NCBI GenBank assembly: GCA_965249525.1
Contig: OZ252237.1
Location: forward strand, 1,316,080 to 1,380,079
Direction of reading: 5' to 3'
DNA: 64,000 bases
Source: a bacterium
GTDB lineage: Bacteria; SAR324; JACQKK01
The notes under the pieces are model-generated. The model did no database searches. It worked only from the letters and a program-made list of their open reading frames with translations, and was not told the DNA's origin. This document shows, in pieces, positions 47,824 through 57,933 of the stretch; positions within the stretch are counted from its first letter, which is position 1, and each line of letters begins with the position of its first letter. Position numbers and translations under genes: made by a program.

Positions 47824-49206
47824 TTGATAGATCACACCAACGCACCCATGCGAGCCGTATTGTTGGGAATACAATTGCCCCTGGTATCGGCTGCACAGCT
47901 GCAGGAATCGCTGGATGAGTTGAGGCAATTGTTGGTGGGATTGGAATGCTGCTTGGTGGGACAAATCCACCAACAGCGCCCTGTCAAACACCCCACCAAT
48001 GTATTTGGCGAGGGCAAGCTGCAAGAAATCAAGCATTTGGTGCATGCCAAGGGTGCGGATTTAGCAGTGTTTGACGGCAGCCTTTCGCCGGCACAGGGAC
48101 GCAAGCTGGAAAGTGTGCTGGAGGTGATGGTGGCTGACCGCACCCAGGTGATTTTAGATATTTTCAGCAAAAATGCCCGCACCCGTGAAGCCCATAAACA
48201 AGTAGAATTGGCTAGGCTGGAATATACACTGCCGCGCTTGGTAGGTATGTGGGCGCACCTGGACCGAGAACGGGGAGGCATCGCAGGAGGCAGGGGTGCA
48301 GGGGAAAAACAAATTGATCTAGACCGCACCCTGTTGCGCAGCCGCATTGCGCGCTTACGAAAAGAACTGCACAAGCTGGACACCCGCCGCCGCACCCATG
48401 TAAAAAAACGCCGCAGCTGCTTAAAAGTCTCCCTAGTGGGCTATACCAATGCAGGAAAATCCACCCTGATGAACCGCTTGACCAATGCCCACCTCCTCAC
48501 ACAAGACCGCTTGTTCGCCACTTTGGACTCCACCACCCGCCAACTGGACGCCCAAAACCCTCCGCCCATTCTCATCTCTGACACCGTCGGTTTTATCCGC
48601 AATCTGCCTCACCAGCTGGTGGCATCCTTCCGTTCCACCTTGCAGGTGGTGATAGATGCCGATTTGCTGCTGCATGTGGTGGACATCAGCCATCCCAACT
48701 TCCAAGAACAAATGGCAGTAACCAAAGACACCCTCAAAGAGATTGGCGCAGATACCATCCCCATGCTGGTGGTATTCAACAAAACCGATAAAACCTCCAA
48801 CACGCAAAAGCTGCTTGCCAAGCAAATGGTTCCCCAGGCTGTTTTCACCAGCGCCATCAACCAAGACACCGACATCCGAAAACGGGACATCCGAAAACAG
48901 GACCTCAGAAAACGCATCTCTGATTTCTTCAGCCAAAGCATGCGCACCGCAAAACTCACCCTCCCCTGCACCCAAGAAGACTTGTACCTGCTCCACCGCT
49001 GGAGTCACGTACAACACATCCATCAGGTTGCCCACCACAACCAAGAGGTGGTTTTTAGCTGCACCCCAGACAACCTGGCACGTATTCTTGCGCATTTTGG
49101 ACCCGTTGAATTGCTTCCCAACCATGCCGCAGCCCACACCCCCCGTCACACCACAACCAATCCCCCCAAGGCAGCACAGCTGGAAGAACGCCAATACGCG
49201 CCCTAG
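47824..49206 (+). CDS. hflX: GTPase HflX
   Basis: DRTQVILDIF, QVELARLEY.LPRL, GYTNAGKSTL, LFATLD, DTVGF and FNKTD motifs. Confidence 0.96.
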   Translation: MIDHTNAPMRAVLLGIQLPLVSAAQLQESLDELRQLLVGLECCLVGQIHQQRPVKHPTNVFGEGKLQEIKHLVHAKGADLAVFDGSLSPAQGRKLESVLEVMVADRTQVILDIFSKNARTREAHKQVELARLEYTLPRLVGMWAHLDRERGGIAGGRGAGEKQIDLDRTLLRSRIARLRKELHKLDTRRRTHVKKRRSCLKVSLVGYTNAGKSTLMNRLTNAHLLTQDRLFATLDSTTRQLDAQNPPPILISDTVGFIRNLPHQLVASFRSTLQVVIDADLLLHVVDISHPNFQEQMAVTKDTLKEIGADTIPMLVVFNKTDKTSNTQKLLAKQMVPQAVFTSAINQDTDIRKRDIRKQDLRKRISDFFSQSMRTAKLTLPCTQEDLYLLHRWSHVQHIHQVAHHNQEVVFSCTPDNLARILAHFGPVELLPNHAAAHTPRHTTTNPPKAAQLEERQYAP

Positions 49207-49221
49207 AGAGAACAGTTGCCG

Positions 49222-50070
49222 ATGTCTGCAACCTTGCCTTTGAAAAACTATCGCCTGGCCCTGGTGCAAATGACTGCTGGCAGCCATGTCCAAGAAAATC
49301 TTGCCCAGGCGCTGCATTGGATAGCAGAAGCCAAACGGGAGAAAGCCGCACTGGTGGCTTTACCAGAGATGTTTTTGTACCTGGGGGGACACCAGGGACG
49401 CCTGCAGGCTGCTGTTCGTCCCGACCATGCCAACGATGCCACCATGAAGTGCTTGCGCCAGGCTGCTGTCCAGCACCGCATCTGGCTGATGTTGGGCAGC
49501 GTGCCAGAATATGCCCCAGACCAACCACAAAAGGTCTACAACACCACCCTGCTGCTGGCACCAGATGGTCAGTTGTGTGCGCGCTACCGCAAGCGACATT
49601 TGTTTGAAATCCAGCTGCCAAATTTATCGGTGCGTGAAGCAGATTATTTTCTGGCAGGCGATGTTCCTTCTCCCGTAGCTGAGACGCCTTTGGGCAGGCT
49701 GGGGTTTTCTATTTGCTTTGATTTGCGCTATGGGGAGCACTATCAGCAGCTGCGCCAGCAAGGTGCAGAATTGGTATTTGTTCCTTCCAATTTCACTGTG
49801 CCTACAGGTCAGGCACATTGGGAAGTCCTGCTGCGTTCGCAGGCCATCGCCAACCAGTTGTTCATCGCTGCCCCCGCCCAAGTAGGCACGCACCCCACAG
49901 CACCTGAATCCCATGCCTCCTACGGGCACAGTATGCTGGTATCCCCCTGGGGAGAAGTCTTGTGCTGCAAGCCCAAGGAAACAGGAATAGTGGTGAGGGA
50001 GGTGGATTTAACACAAGTGAAGAAAGTGCGCAGCCGTCTGCCGCTGCACCACACATTCCCCCACAACTAG
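49222..50070 (+). CDS. Carbon-nitrogen hydrolase (Nit1-like deaminated glutathione amidase)
   Basis: LPE, YRKRHLF, ICFDLRY, TGQAHWEVLLR and YGHSMLVSPWG motifs. Confidence 0.9.
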   Translation: MSATLPLKNYRLALVQMTAGSHVQENLAQALHWIAEAKREKAALVALPEMFLYLGGHQGRLQAAVRPDHANDATMKCLRQAAVQHRIWLMLGSVPEYAPDQPQKVYNTTLLLAPDGQLCARYRKRHLFEIQLPNLSVREADYFLAGDVPSPVAETPLGRLGFSICFDLRYGEHYQQLRQQGAELVFVPSNFTVPTGQAHWEVLLRSQAIANQLFIAAPAQVGTHPTAPESHASYGHSMLVSPWGEVLCCKPKETGIVVREVDLTQVKKVRSRLPLHHTFPHN

Positions 50071-50080
50071 CTGCCCCCCG

Positions 50081-50539
50081 CTATTCCACCGCCAGAGTCA
50101 TCTCCACTTCCACCGCAGCATTTAACGGCAAGGAAGAACAGCCCACCGCGGCCCGCGCATGACGACCGCGATCCTCAAACAAGCCTACCAACAAATCCGA
50201 GGCCCCGTTGATCACCTTGGGATGATCCACAAAACCAGCAGCAGCATTAACAAATCCGCCCACTCGCAGCACCCGCTGGATGCGGTCCAAATCTCCAATG
50301 CTGACTCGTACTTGTGCCAAAGCATTCAGCACACACAACCGCGCTGCTTCTATGCCTTCCTCCAAGCTTACATCCCCGCCCACCTGACCACTATAACGCA
50401 GCCCGTTCTCATCCAGAGGCAATTGACCAGAAACCAACAACAGCTTCCCATGCAGTACGCAAGGAACATAATTGGCTATAGGCGAATTCACTACTGGCAA
50501 AGTTAAACCTTGTGTTTTCATTCGTTCTTCAATGCTCAT
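50081..50539 (-). CDS. RidA/YjgF family protein
   Basis: ANYVP, SGQLP, NGASDL and GRHARAAVG..SLP motifs. Confidence 0.92.
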   Translation of the reverse strand: MSIEERMKTQGLTLPVVNSPIANYVPCVLHGKLLLVSGQLPLDENGLRYSGQVGGDVSLEEGIEAARLCVLNALAQVRVSIGDLDRIQRVLRVGGFVNAAAGFVDHPKVINGASDLLVGLFEDRGRHARAAVGCSSLPLNAAVEVEMTLAVE

Positions 50540-50625
50540 AAGGTATTTTCCTTTTCTTCTATTAACAACCATCCATCCCCCTTGGCAGACAACCACGCCT
50601 GCCAGCATATGATACACTAAAATCT

Positions 50626-51237
50626 ATGAATCCAATGCAAATATTCTTGGATGTGGATGGCGTCTTGCTGAACTTTGAGGAAACCTTTGTTCAGTTCTTG
50701 AATCGGTACTGGGGACAAAACCTGCCAGCAGGCTATCGGGCCAACCAGTGGGACTTCGCTGACATTATGCCCCCTGAAAAAATGCATGCTGCCTGGCAAG
50801 ACTTTGTCTCCTCAGAAAGCTGCGCCCAAATGCCGCCCTTGGTCAATCCCGTCCATTTTAATGAGCAAACCCAGGGCTGTTCAGTTCATCTACTAACCAA
50901 CTTTCCCCTGATGGAAATACACCGCCGTTGGAACAATCTCAATGCCTTGGGATTTTGCTATCAAGGATTGCATTACTGCGGACTCCAAAGCCACGGCAGT
51001 GCCAAAGCACAGCCCAAATCTGCCGCCATCCAACAATTGCGCCAACCCGAACTCCCTGCCATCTTTGTGGATGACCACTCAGAAAACTGCAAGGATGTTG
51101 TCCAACACTGCCCCCAGGTAGAGGTGTGGCTGATGGACTGTCGGTTTAACCGAGACTTCCATCACCACGGAATCAAACGCTCTTTTGATTGGTCCACCCT
51201 GTTTGAACGCATGCGCCAACTGCGCTGCATCAGCTAG
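50626..51237 (+). CDS. HAD-superfamily hydrolase
   Basis: FLDVDGVL motif I, LLTN, K and FVDD motif IV. Confidence 0.82.
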   Translation: MNPMQIFLDVDGVLLNFEETFVQFLNRYWGQNLPAGYRANQWDFADIMPPEKMHAAWQDFVSSESCAQMPPLVNPVHFNEQTQGCSVHLLTNFPLMEIHRRWNNLNALGFCYQGLHYCGLQSHGSAKAQPKSAAIQQLRQPELPAIFVDDHSENCKDVVQHCPQVEVWLMDCRFNRDFHHHGIKRSFDWSTLFERMRQLRCIS

Positions 51238-51312
51238 TTGAAGAGGGGGAGGGGCTAAGCCTTATGGCGGGGTTTTGGCAGAACTGGCTGGCTGGGGAGG
51301 TTCTTTTTCAGC

Positions 51313-52146
51313 TTATTTTTTTGCAGCCTGTTTTTTTGCAGCCTGTTTTTTTGCAGCCTGTTTTTTTGCGGGCTGGTTTTTTGCGGGCTGGTCTGCTGCC
51401 GATTCTGCCTGCGGGGTATCACTGGAAGGGGCAGCTTTTTGCGCTGCGGCAGCTGTTTCTTCCGCTGGGGGCTGAGCTTTTGGCTGTGGAGACTCCACCC
51501 CAGGTCCAGCAACAGGGGGGATGTCCTCCAAGGTGTATTTAAAAATCTCCACTATCCCGCCATTAGCACCAGGCACAGCCCCTCTCAGCAGCAGCAGATT
51601 TTTCTCAGGAGCAACTTTTTCCACCCACAAGTTGTGTACGCTGATGCGTTTGTTGCCCATGTGTCCTGGGAGGCGTTTCCCCTTAAACACCCGTCCTGGG
51701 AAGGTGTGGTTGCCGATGGATCCAGGGGTGCGATGAAATCGGGAACCATGTGAGGCAGGACCGCCTGCGAATCCGTGGCGTTTCAGTACTCCTTGAAAGC
51801 CGCGCCCTTTGGAAATCCCAGAGACACGCACGTATTCACCTTCATTAAAAACACGCACATCCCAGCTTTGTCCTGGCTGTGCTTTGGAAATATCGGCGAC
51901 AGGGTACTCCTTCAAGTAGCGCATGGGGGGCAGCTGCTTGAAATGTCCCTTGAGCGGGCGTTTGATGAGCTTTTGCTTTTTGATGGGTTGATAACCCACT
52001 TGCAGTGCATCGTAGCCCTCTTTTTGCTTGGTTTTCACTTGTACCACCACCACCGGTCCTACTTCTAGTACGGTTATGGGCACGCATCTGCCATCTTTAC
52101 GAAACAGCTGAGTCATTCCTACTTTGCGTCCCAGCATACCTATCAT
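51313..52146 (-). CDS. rplC: 50S ribosomal protein L3 with Ala/Lys-rich C-terminal extension
   Basis: KVGMTQ, SKGRGFQG, HGS.FHR.PGSIG, PGRVFKG, GHMG and GAVPG motifs. Confidence 0.97.
   Translation of the reverse strand: MIGMLGRKVGMTQLFRKDGRCVPITVLEVGPVVVVQVKTKQKEGYDALQVGYQPIKKQKLIKRPLKGHFKQLPPMRYLKEYPVADISKAQPGQSWDVRVFNEGEYVRVSGISKGRGFQGVLKRHGFAGGPASHGSRFHRTPGSIGNHTFPGRVFKGKRLPGHMGNKRISVHNLWVEKVAPEKNLLLLRGAVPGANGGIVEIFKYTLEDIPPVAGPGVESPQPKAQPPAEETAAAAQKAAPSSDTPQAESAADQPAKNQPAKKQAAKKQAAKKQAAKK
51316..51390 (-). repeat. 15-bp in-frame repeat x5 encoding QPAK(N/K)/QAAKK at the L3 C-terminus
   Basis: Direct reading. Confidence 0.9.
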
Positions 52147-52206
52147 GGTGCAATTACTCTTATAAGGGGATAGAAATCTCTGCCAGCCCGCCAGCAGCGG
52201 AACGCA

Positions 52207-52482
52207 TTATTCTTTGAGAGAGAACTGCTGCTGCAGTGCCAGGCTGAGGCGGGATTTATATCGGCGTCCCGTGTTGCGATGGAGTATGCCCTTGCTGATG
52301 GATTTATCAATGGTTTTTTGGGTAAGGGGCATTGCGGAACGGGCTTTTTCGGTTTCTTTGGCGCTTAAAAGGGCGCGCAATTTTTTGATGCTGCTGCGCA
52401 GGGTGGAGCGCAGGTGGCTGTTGCGCCGATTGCGTCGCTGGGTTTGACGGATGCGCTTTATTGCCGATTTATGCTGTGCCAT
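52207..52482 (-). CDS. rpsT: 30S ribosomal protein S20
   Basis: MAQHKSAIKRIRQ and ID...KGILH.N...R.KSRL motifs. Confidence 0.96.
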   Translation of the reverse strand: MAQHKSAIKRIRQTQRRNRRNSHLRSTLRSSIKKLRALLSAKETEKARSAMPLTQKTIDKSISKGILHRNTGRRYKSRLSLALQQQFSLKE

Positions 52483-52644
52483 TGAATGCAACCAGTCTGA
52501 ATAAAACAATGCTGAATGGATAAACACCACAGTAACACATCAGTGTGGCATGCAGACAAACAGGCTTGCAAACATTTTCTCTGGAAATGATACGGTTGAG
52601 TCCACAAACTGTATTATGATAGAAAACCACACGGAGAGAGACCG

Positions 52645-53865
52645 ATGAAAAATACATTATGGACAGGTGATAATCTGTATGTTCTGCACGGGATGAACAG
52701 TGAAACTGTTGATCTGATTTACCTTGATCCGCCTTTCAATACTAACAGGATATTTGCAGCACCTTTGAAAAATAAGGAGTCAAAGGTGGTGTTTGAGGAT
52801 ATGTGGACTTGGCAAAAAGTAGATAAATATCACTTAGAAGAATTAGCAGGTGATTACCCATCTATTTTTGCTTTTATTCAATCAGTAATGGGGATACACG
52901 GTAAGTCGATGGCAGCCTACCTCATCTACATAGCGCAAAGATTAGTAGAAATGAAAAGAGTCCTTAAAAGTACAGGCAGCATCTACCTACACTGCGATCC
53001 TACTGCTAGCCATTACCTAAAATTATTGATGGATGAGATATTTGGGAAGAGTAATTTTAGGAATGAGATTGTGTGGTGCTATCGTGGTGCGGGTTACCCC
53101 AAAAAAGATTTTGGAAAACGACATGATATTATATTCAAATACTCCAAAGAGGATTCGTATATTTTTAATTTAGATGATGTTAGAGACGAATATGCAGAAA
53201 CCACCAAAGAAAGATTCAAACATTTTATAGGCAACAAAAGATATGGCAAGGATTTTGGTGTCCAAAAATTGAATCCCAAAGGCCGTCATCCTGATGATTG
53301 GTGGCAAATACAGCCAATAGCACCTTCTGCGAAAGAAAGAACTGGGTACCCAACACAAAAGCCTCTCAAACTTTTATACCGTATTATTAAAGCATCTAGT
53401 AATGAGGAAGATATAGTGCTTGACCCCTTTTGTGGATGTGCAACCACCTGCGTAGCAGCTCAACAGTTAGGCAGAAAGTGGGTAGGGATAGATGTAGCCA
53501 AAGAGTCAGCTGATCTGGTGGCAGATAGATTAGCAGATGATGCGGGTTTATTTAAGGACTTCGTGCATAGATATGATCTTCCAAAAAGAACAGATGTTGA
53601 AAAAATAGAAGAAACAAAAACAGTTAAAGAAAGATTATTCAAGGATCAAAATGGCACATGCAATGGTTGCAAAAGAAAGATGGAGATCTATGATTTTGAA
53701 ATAGATCACATTGTACCACGAGCAAAGGAGGGCGGAGACTACTACGAAAATTATCAGTTGCTATGCCCAAAATGTAATAGGGATAAGGGAACAAAAACGA
53801 TGGCATATTTACTAATGAAAGTGGAGACCAGAAAGAAATTGCTAATAGAAGAAATATCTTTTTGA
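52645..53865 (+). CDS. DNA amino-methyltransferase (beta class) fused to a C-terminal HNH endonuclease
   Basis: IYLDPPF, YPTQKP and DPFCGCATT, followed by CNGC...IDHIVP...GG....N.QLLC..CN..KG; AT-rich. Confidence 0.92.
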   Translation: MKNTLWTGDNLYVLHGMNSETVDLIYLDPPFNTNRIFAAPLKNKESKVVFEDMWTWQKVDKYHLEELAGDYPSIFAFIQSVMGIHGKSMAAYLIYIAQRLVEMKRVLKSTGSIYLHCDPTASHYLKLLMDEIFGKSNFRNEIVWCYRGAGYPKKDFGKRHDIIFKYSKEDSYIFNLDDVRDEYAETTKERFKHFIGNKRYGKDFGVQKLNPKGRHPDDWWQIQPIAPSAKERTGYPTQKPLKLLYRIIKASSNEEDIVLDPFCGCATTCVAAQQLGRKWVGIDVAKESADLVADRLADDAGLFKDFVHRYDLPKRTDVEKIEETKTVKERLFKDQNGTCNGCKRKMEIYDFEIDHIVPRAKEGGDYYENYQLLCPKCNRDKGTKTMAYLLMKVETRKKLLIEEISF

Positions 53866-54010
53866 TAGTGTTTGTGGATTCAAGCGTATAATTACCTTTT
53901 CTCTTAGCAAAGCATGCACCCTAGGGACACGGAAATATCTTGTCAATCTTTTGCATTTTCACCAATTGCCTGCCTTTCTCTCACTGTTGCTTAAAAGCCA
54001 GGGAGTGGTA

Positions 54011-55090
54011 CTAGCGTTCATCCCAGGCGAATGCCAAGCTGCTGCGGATATCCGACAGTCCGCACAACAGCATCACCAGGCGGTCTACCCCCAGTGCCAT
54101 GCCGACAGAAGGCGGCAGTCCTTGGCGGACGGCTTTGAGAAATTGCTGATCCAGCGGCACCGCAGGCAGCCCCAGCTGCTGGCGGCGGGCGAGTTCCGCT
54201 TGAAAGCGACGTTGGTGTTCTTGAAAGTCGGTGAGTTCATCAAAGCCGTTGGCTAATTCTAAGCCGTGGGCATAAAGTTCCAGGCGCAAAGCCCAGCCCT
54301 GGGCATCCAGGCGCGCCAAGGAGGCACAGGGGGCAGGCCAATGGGTGATTAACAAGGGACGCACAGGAAGCCTGTCCTCCAGCAGCAGCCACAGTGCCGA
54401 AAACAAGGAGAGGTAGTCAGGAAAAGATTCCAGCTGCTGTTTCAGTCCTGCCTTTGCCACCGCCTCACTGCTGGCAGCACGCACGGCATGCTGCAGCTGA
54501 GACAGCTGCACCACCCCCTGCAAGGACATTCCCAGATGCTGTTCAAATAACTCCCCCACCCGCACCCGCAACGGCGGCTGGGACAGCCACACCGCCAACT
54601 GCTGCAATCTGTCCATACGGCGAGTCCCCTCAGCCTGACTAACACGCCCCTCCACCAGTCGACAGACCTGCCGGCACATCGGCGCACAAGCCAGGCACAA
54701 AGCCTGGACATCTTCCGCCAACAACTCCAGCGAACCCCCCACACGCCCCCACTCCAATAAGGTGAACTCAGGATTGTGATGCCTCCCCAACTCTCCCCTA
54801 CGAAAAGCTGCCCCCAGCCGATAAATACGCCGAAATCCCCCCGCCAGCATGCGCTTCAATTGAAACTCAGGAGACCATGCCAGCCAGCCATCCCCTGCCT
54901 CAAACGACTCACATGCAGCCTCAGGATTGGGCGCACGCACCAAACAAGGAGTCTCCACCTCCAAGAAACCACGTGCTGCCATCACCCCACGCAGACTGCC
55001 CAACACATCCCCCCGCACCTCTAAAACCTCCCTGCGGGACATCCAGCCCCCTCCTGCCTCCCAATGACCCCCCGCCTTATTATGCTTCAT
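54011..55090 (-). CDS. epmA: EF-P lysine aminoacylase (EpmA/GenX)
   Basis: EVETP, SPEFQLKR, HNPEFTLLEW, ELANGFDEL and ALGVDRL motifs; adjacent to efp. Confidence 0.92.
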   Translation of the reverse strand: MKHNKAGGHWEAGGGWMSRREVLEVRGDVLGSLRGVMAARGFLEVETPCLVRAPNPEAACESFEAGDGWLAWSPEFQLKRMLAGGFRRIYRLGAAFRRGELGRHHNPEFTLLEWGRVGGSLELLAEDVQALCLACAPMCRQVCRLVEGRVSQAEGTRRMDRLQQLAVWLSQPPLRVRVGELFEQHLGMSLQGVVQLSQLQHAVRAASSEAVAKAGLKQQLESFPDYLSLFSALWLLLEDRLPVRPLLITHWPAPCASLARLDAQGWALRLELYAHGLELANGFDELTDFQEHQRRFQAELARRQQLGLPAVPLDQQFLKAVRQGLPPSVGMALGVDRLVMLLCGLSDIRSSLAFAWDER

Positions 55091-55179
55091 CCCTTGCCCC
55101 TCTGCTGCCAGCCCTTATCCCCAACGCTCCCTTGAACAACCCGCACACCTGCTAACACACCCCTCGCCCTCCCCCAAAC

Positions 55180-55749
55180 CTAACCACTGCGTTTGACACG
55201 CTCCACATATTCTCCACTGCGGGTATCTATCTTCAACACTGCCCCTTTTTCCACAAATAACGGCACTTGAATCACCGCACCCGTACTCAAAGTGGCAGGC
55301 TTGCGACCCCCAGAAACCGTATCGCCCTTTACACCAGGATCAGTCTCTGCCACTTCCAACTCCACAAAATTGGGCAGCGATAAACTCACAGGACGCTCAT
55401 TAAACAACAACACCTGCGCTTCGGTATTCTCTAACAAAAAGCTGGCCCCCTCACCCACCTCTGCTTCAGACAGTGTGTATTGTTCAAAACTGTTCTGATC
55501 CATAAAATTCCAGCCGTTATCATCCTTGTAAAGAAATTGCATGAGGCACTCGGTAAGTCGGGCAGGAATCAATTTCTCTCCTGATTTCCAGGTACGATCC
55601 AATACCGAACCACTCAGCATGTTGCGCACCTTGCAGCGCGTAAAAGCATTGCCCTTGCCAGGCTTGACGAACTGAAAATCAATCACCACATAAGGATCGC
55701 CGTCTATTTCTATCTTCAACCCTTTGCGTATATCAGAAGTTTCATGCAT
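55180..55749 (-). CDS. efp: Elongation factor P
   Basis: KPGKG, PGVKGDT, VPLF and IDTR motifs. Confidence 0.98.
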   Translation of the reverse strand: MHETSDIRKGLKIEIDGDPYVVIDFQFVKPGKGNAFTRCKVRNMLSGSVLDRTWKSGEKLIPARLTECLMQFLYKDDNGWNFMDQNSFEQYTLSEAEVGEGASFLLENTEAQVLLFNERPVSLSLPNFVELEVAETDPGVKGDTVSGGRKPATLSTGAVIQVPLFVEKGAVLKIDTRSGEYVERVKRSG

Positions 55750-56008
55750 CTTTTATCTCCTGCTAACTGTGTTCTACTGCAATGTTTTTTGCTGCAATGT
55801 TTTTTGCTAAAGGTAAAAAAACGCCCCCTTTATTCTTATCCTTCCCAAACTTTTTTTGCCAGCATTGCTGCAATAATCTCCTTGTTCAAGATTCTCCATG
55901 ATTGACATTCTGTCCGTATTAGCCTAATTATATTTTAATCCCCTGCAATCTGGCAGGGCATCCGTAGCGCAAAAGGTTTTTTCTTAAACAGCCAGAGGAT
56001 AAGTTGTT

Positions 56009-56515
56009 GTGTCATTAAGCATTCGTATGGCTCGCGGGGGCAACAAACACCGACCATTTTTCCGCATTGTAGTGCAAGAACGTTCAGCACCCAGAGACGG
56101 TCGTTTTGTTGAACGTCTTGGCAGTTACAACCCTTTGTTGGCAGACAACAAAAGCCAGATCAACATGGAACGCGCCATCTACTGGATGGATGTCGGCGCC
56201 CAGCCCAGTCAACGTGTCAGCCGTCTGTTGGACTGGCACGGAGTCAAGCATGCCCGCATCCTGCCTGTGGGCACCCGCAAGCACAAACCCAAGTCTGAAG
56301 CAGCTTTGGCTTCCGCAATGGAAGCCCCAACCCAAGCAGCAGCCCCACTCAAAGCAGCAGCCCCGCCCCAAGCAGCAGCCCCGCAAGAAACTCAGCCTGA
56401 GACGGCAACAGCAGCAGAAAAAGCTGCTGAGGAGCAACCAGCCAGCCAGCAAGCCCCAGCAAAGCAGGAAGCCCCAGCTGCTTCCAAAGAAGCCCCAGCT
56501 GTTTCCACCGATTAA
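56009..56515 (+). CDS. rpsP: 30S ribosomal protein S16 with Ala/Pro/Gln-rich tail
   Basis: IRMARGG...PFFRIVV, RDGRFVE.LGSYNP and GAQPS motifs. Confidence 0.96.
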   Translation: MSLSIRMARGGNKHRPFFRIVVQERSAPRDGRFVERLGSYNPLLADNKSQINMERAIYWMDVGAQPSQRVSRLLDWHGVKHARILPVGTRKHKPKSEAALASAMEAPTQAAAPLKAAAPPQAAAPQETQPETATAAEKAAEEQPASQQAPAKQEAPAASKEAPAVSTD

Positions 56516-56536
56516 TCCTCATCACCCCCATGCGCC

Positions 56537-57133
56537 ATGTCCTGGATGGATCGCGACCAACTGGTGTGCATCGGGTGCATTGCAGCCGCATACGGATTAG
56601 AGGGGGGACTGCGCGTACTTCCTCTCACCGCCAGCCCCCATTACTACCTCAAGCTTGCCAGCCTGATTGTGGATGACGGCAGCAGCCTGCAAACCTTCAA
56701 ACTCAAGCAAGCCCGCCTGCATGCCAACCAATGGCGCATGTGGCTGCATGGCATCCATAACCGCCAGCAAGCCCAAGCCTTAAAAGGAGCACAACTGCTG
56801 CTGCCCCCGCAGCAGTTAAAACCCTTGGAACCAGATGAATACTTCCAGCATGACCTCATCGGCTGCCGTGTAACCGACCAGCACAACCACCCCATCGGAC
56901 AAGTCCAAAGCCTATTAAGTTCGCCCCACCACCAAGTACTAGAAATAGCCCGACCTGATGCACCTCCCCTCCTAGCCCCTTTCACCAAGGAGGTCTTTCC
57001 CCAGGTCAACTTAAAAGAGCGCTGTCTCACCCTCCATCCGCTGCCTGAGATGGATGTTCCCCACACCAAGCTGCCCCGCCGTTCCCTGGCTTCTGCCAGC
57101 CCCCTCAATCTCCAGCAATCTTCCAAGGACTAA
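56537..57133 (+). CDS. rimM: Ribosome maturation factor RimM
   Basis: IG.I..AYGL.G and EYF.HDLIGC motifs; operon context. Confidence 0.92.
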   Translation: MSWMDRDQLVCIGCIAAAYGLEGGLRVLPLTASPHYYLKLASLIVDDGSSLQTFKLKQARLHANQWRMWLHGIHNRQQAQALKGAQLLLPPQQLKPLEPDEYFQHDLIGCRVTDQHNHPIGQVQSLLSSPHHQVLEIARPDAPPLLAPFTKEVFPQVNLKERCLTLHPLPEMDVPHTKLPRRSLASASPLNLQQSSKD

Positions 57134-57165
57134 AATATCTCCCTGCCTTGTGTTTATAACAACCC

Positions 57166-57933
57166 ATGATGACAGACGCTGCTACCAACCCTGCCCCGCC
57201 TGCTGCCACCTCACCCAAATACATTGAGGTACTCACCTTGTTTCCTCAGTTGTTTGAATCATTCGTGACGCACGGCATCTTGCAGCGCGCCCTGGCACAA
57301 GACCTGTTGCAGCTAAAAGTGACTCCATTGCGTGAATTTGGCAGGGGGCGCTGGAAATCGGTGGATGATTCTCCTTATGGCGGTGGTGCTGGCATGGTGC
57401 TGCGAGCCGATGTGCTGGCAGCAGCACTCAACGCCATCAGCCAGCGACATGCTGTCCATCAGCGCAGGCTGCGGCGGGTTTTGCTAACCCCCCAGGGCAA
57501 AACATTTGATCAAGCCACCGCACATGCCTATGCCCATTCTGAGGAAGTGCTGGTTTTAATTTGCGGTCGCTACGAAGGATTTGACGAGCGGGTGCGCACG
57601 CAGCTGGTGGATGAAGAACTGTCCTTGGGTGATTTTATCTGCCAAGGGGGAGAAGTCCCTGCCCTGGCGGTTTTGGAGTCGCTCACCCGTTTGCTGCCAG
57701 GGGTGTTGGGCAATCCTGCTTCCACCATAGAAGAAAGTTTTAGTGATGGACTGCTGGAATATCCCCAATACACCAGACCTGAGAAATTTGAGGGAGAAAG
57801 TGTGCCCTCCGTGCTGCTTTCTGGCGACCATCAGCGCATCCATCAATGGCGCAAACAACAAGCCCAGCAGCGCACCGCCCGCAGACGACCAGACCTGCTG
57901 CAGCCAGCAAAAGCTCCCTCACCAAAAAAATAA
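57166..57933 (+). CDS. trmD: tRNA (guanine-N1)-methyltransferase
   Basis: TLFP, VDDSPYGGGAGMV, CGRYEGFDER, YTRP and LLSGDH motifs. Confidence 0.97.
   Translation: MMTDAATNPAPPAATSPKYIEVLTLFPQLFESFVTHGILQRALAQDLLQLKVTPLREFGRGRWKSVDDSPYGGGAGMVLRADVLAAALNAISQRHAVHQRRLRRVLLTPQGKTFDQATAHAYAHSEEVLVLICGRYEGFDERVRTQLVDEELSLGDFICQGGEVPALAVLESLTRLLPGVLGNPASTIEESFSDGLLEYPQYTRPEKFEGESVPSVLLSGDHQRIHQWRKQQAQQRTARRRPDLLQPAKAPSPKK

Noticed and set aside
48433-49317. Long antisense ORF opposite hflX (similarly 60528-61364 opposite gloB, and others)
   Set aside because: Shadow ORFs of well-supported genes, with no motifs.
55902-55934. TTGACA upstream of rpsP (and at 7648 upstream of the EVE gene) as promoters
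   Set aside because: No acceptable -10 hexamer at 16-18 bp spacing.
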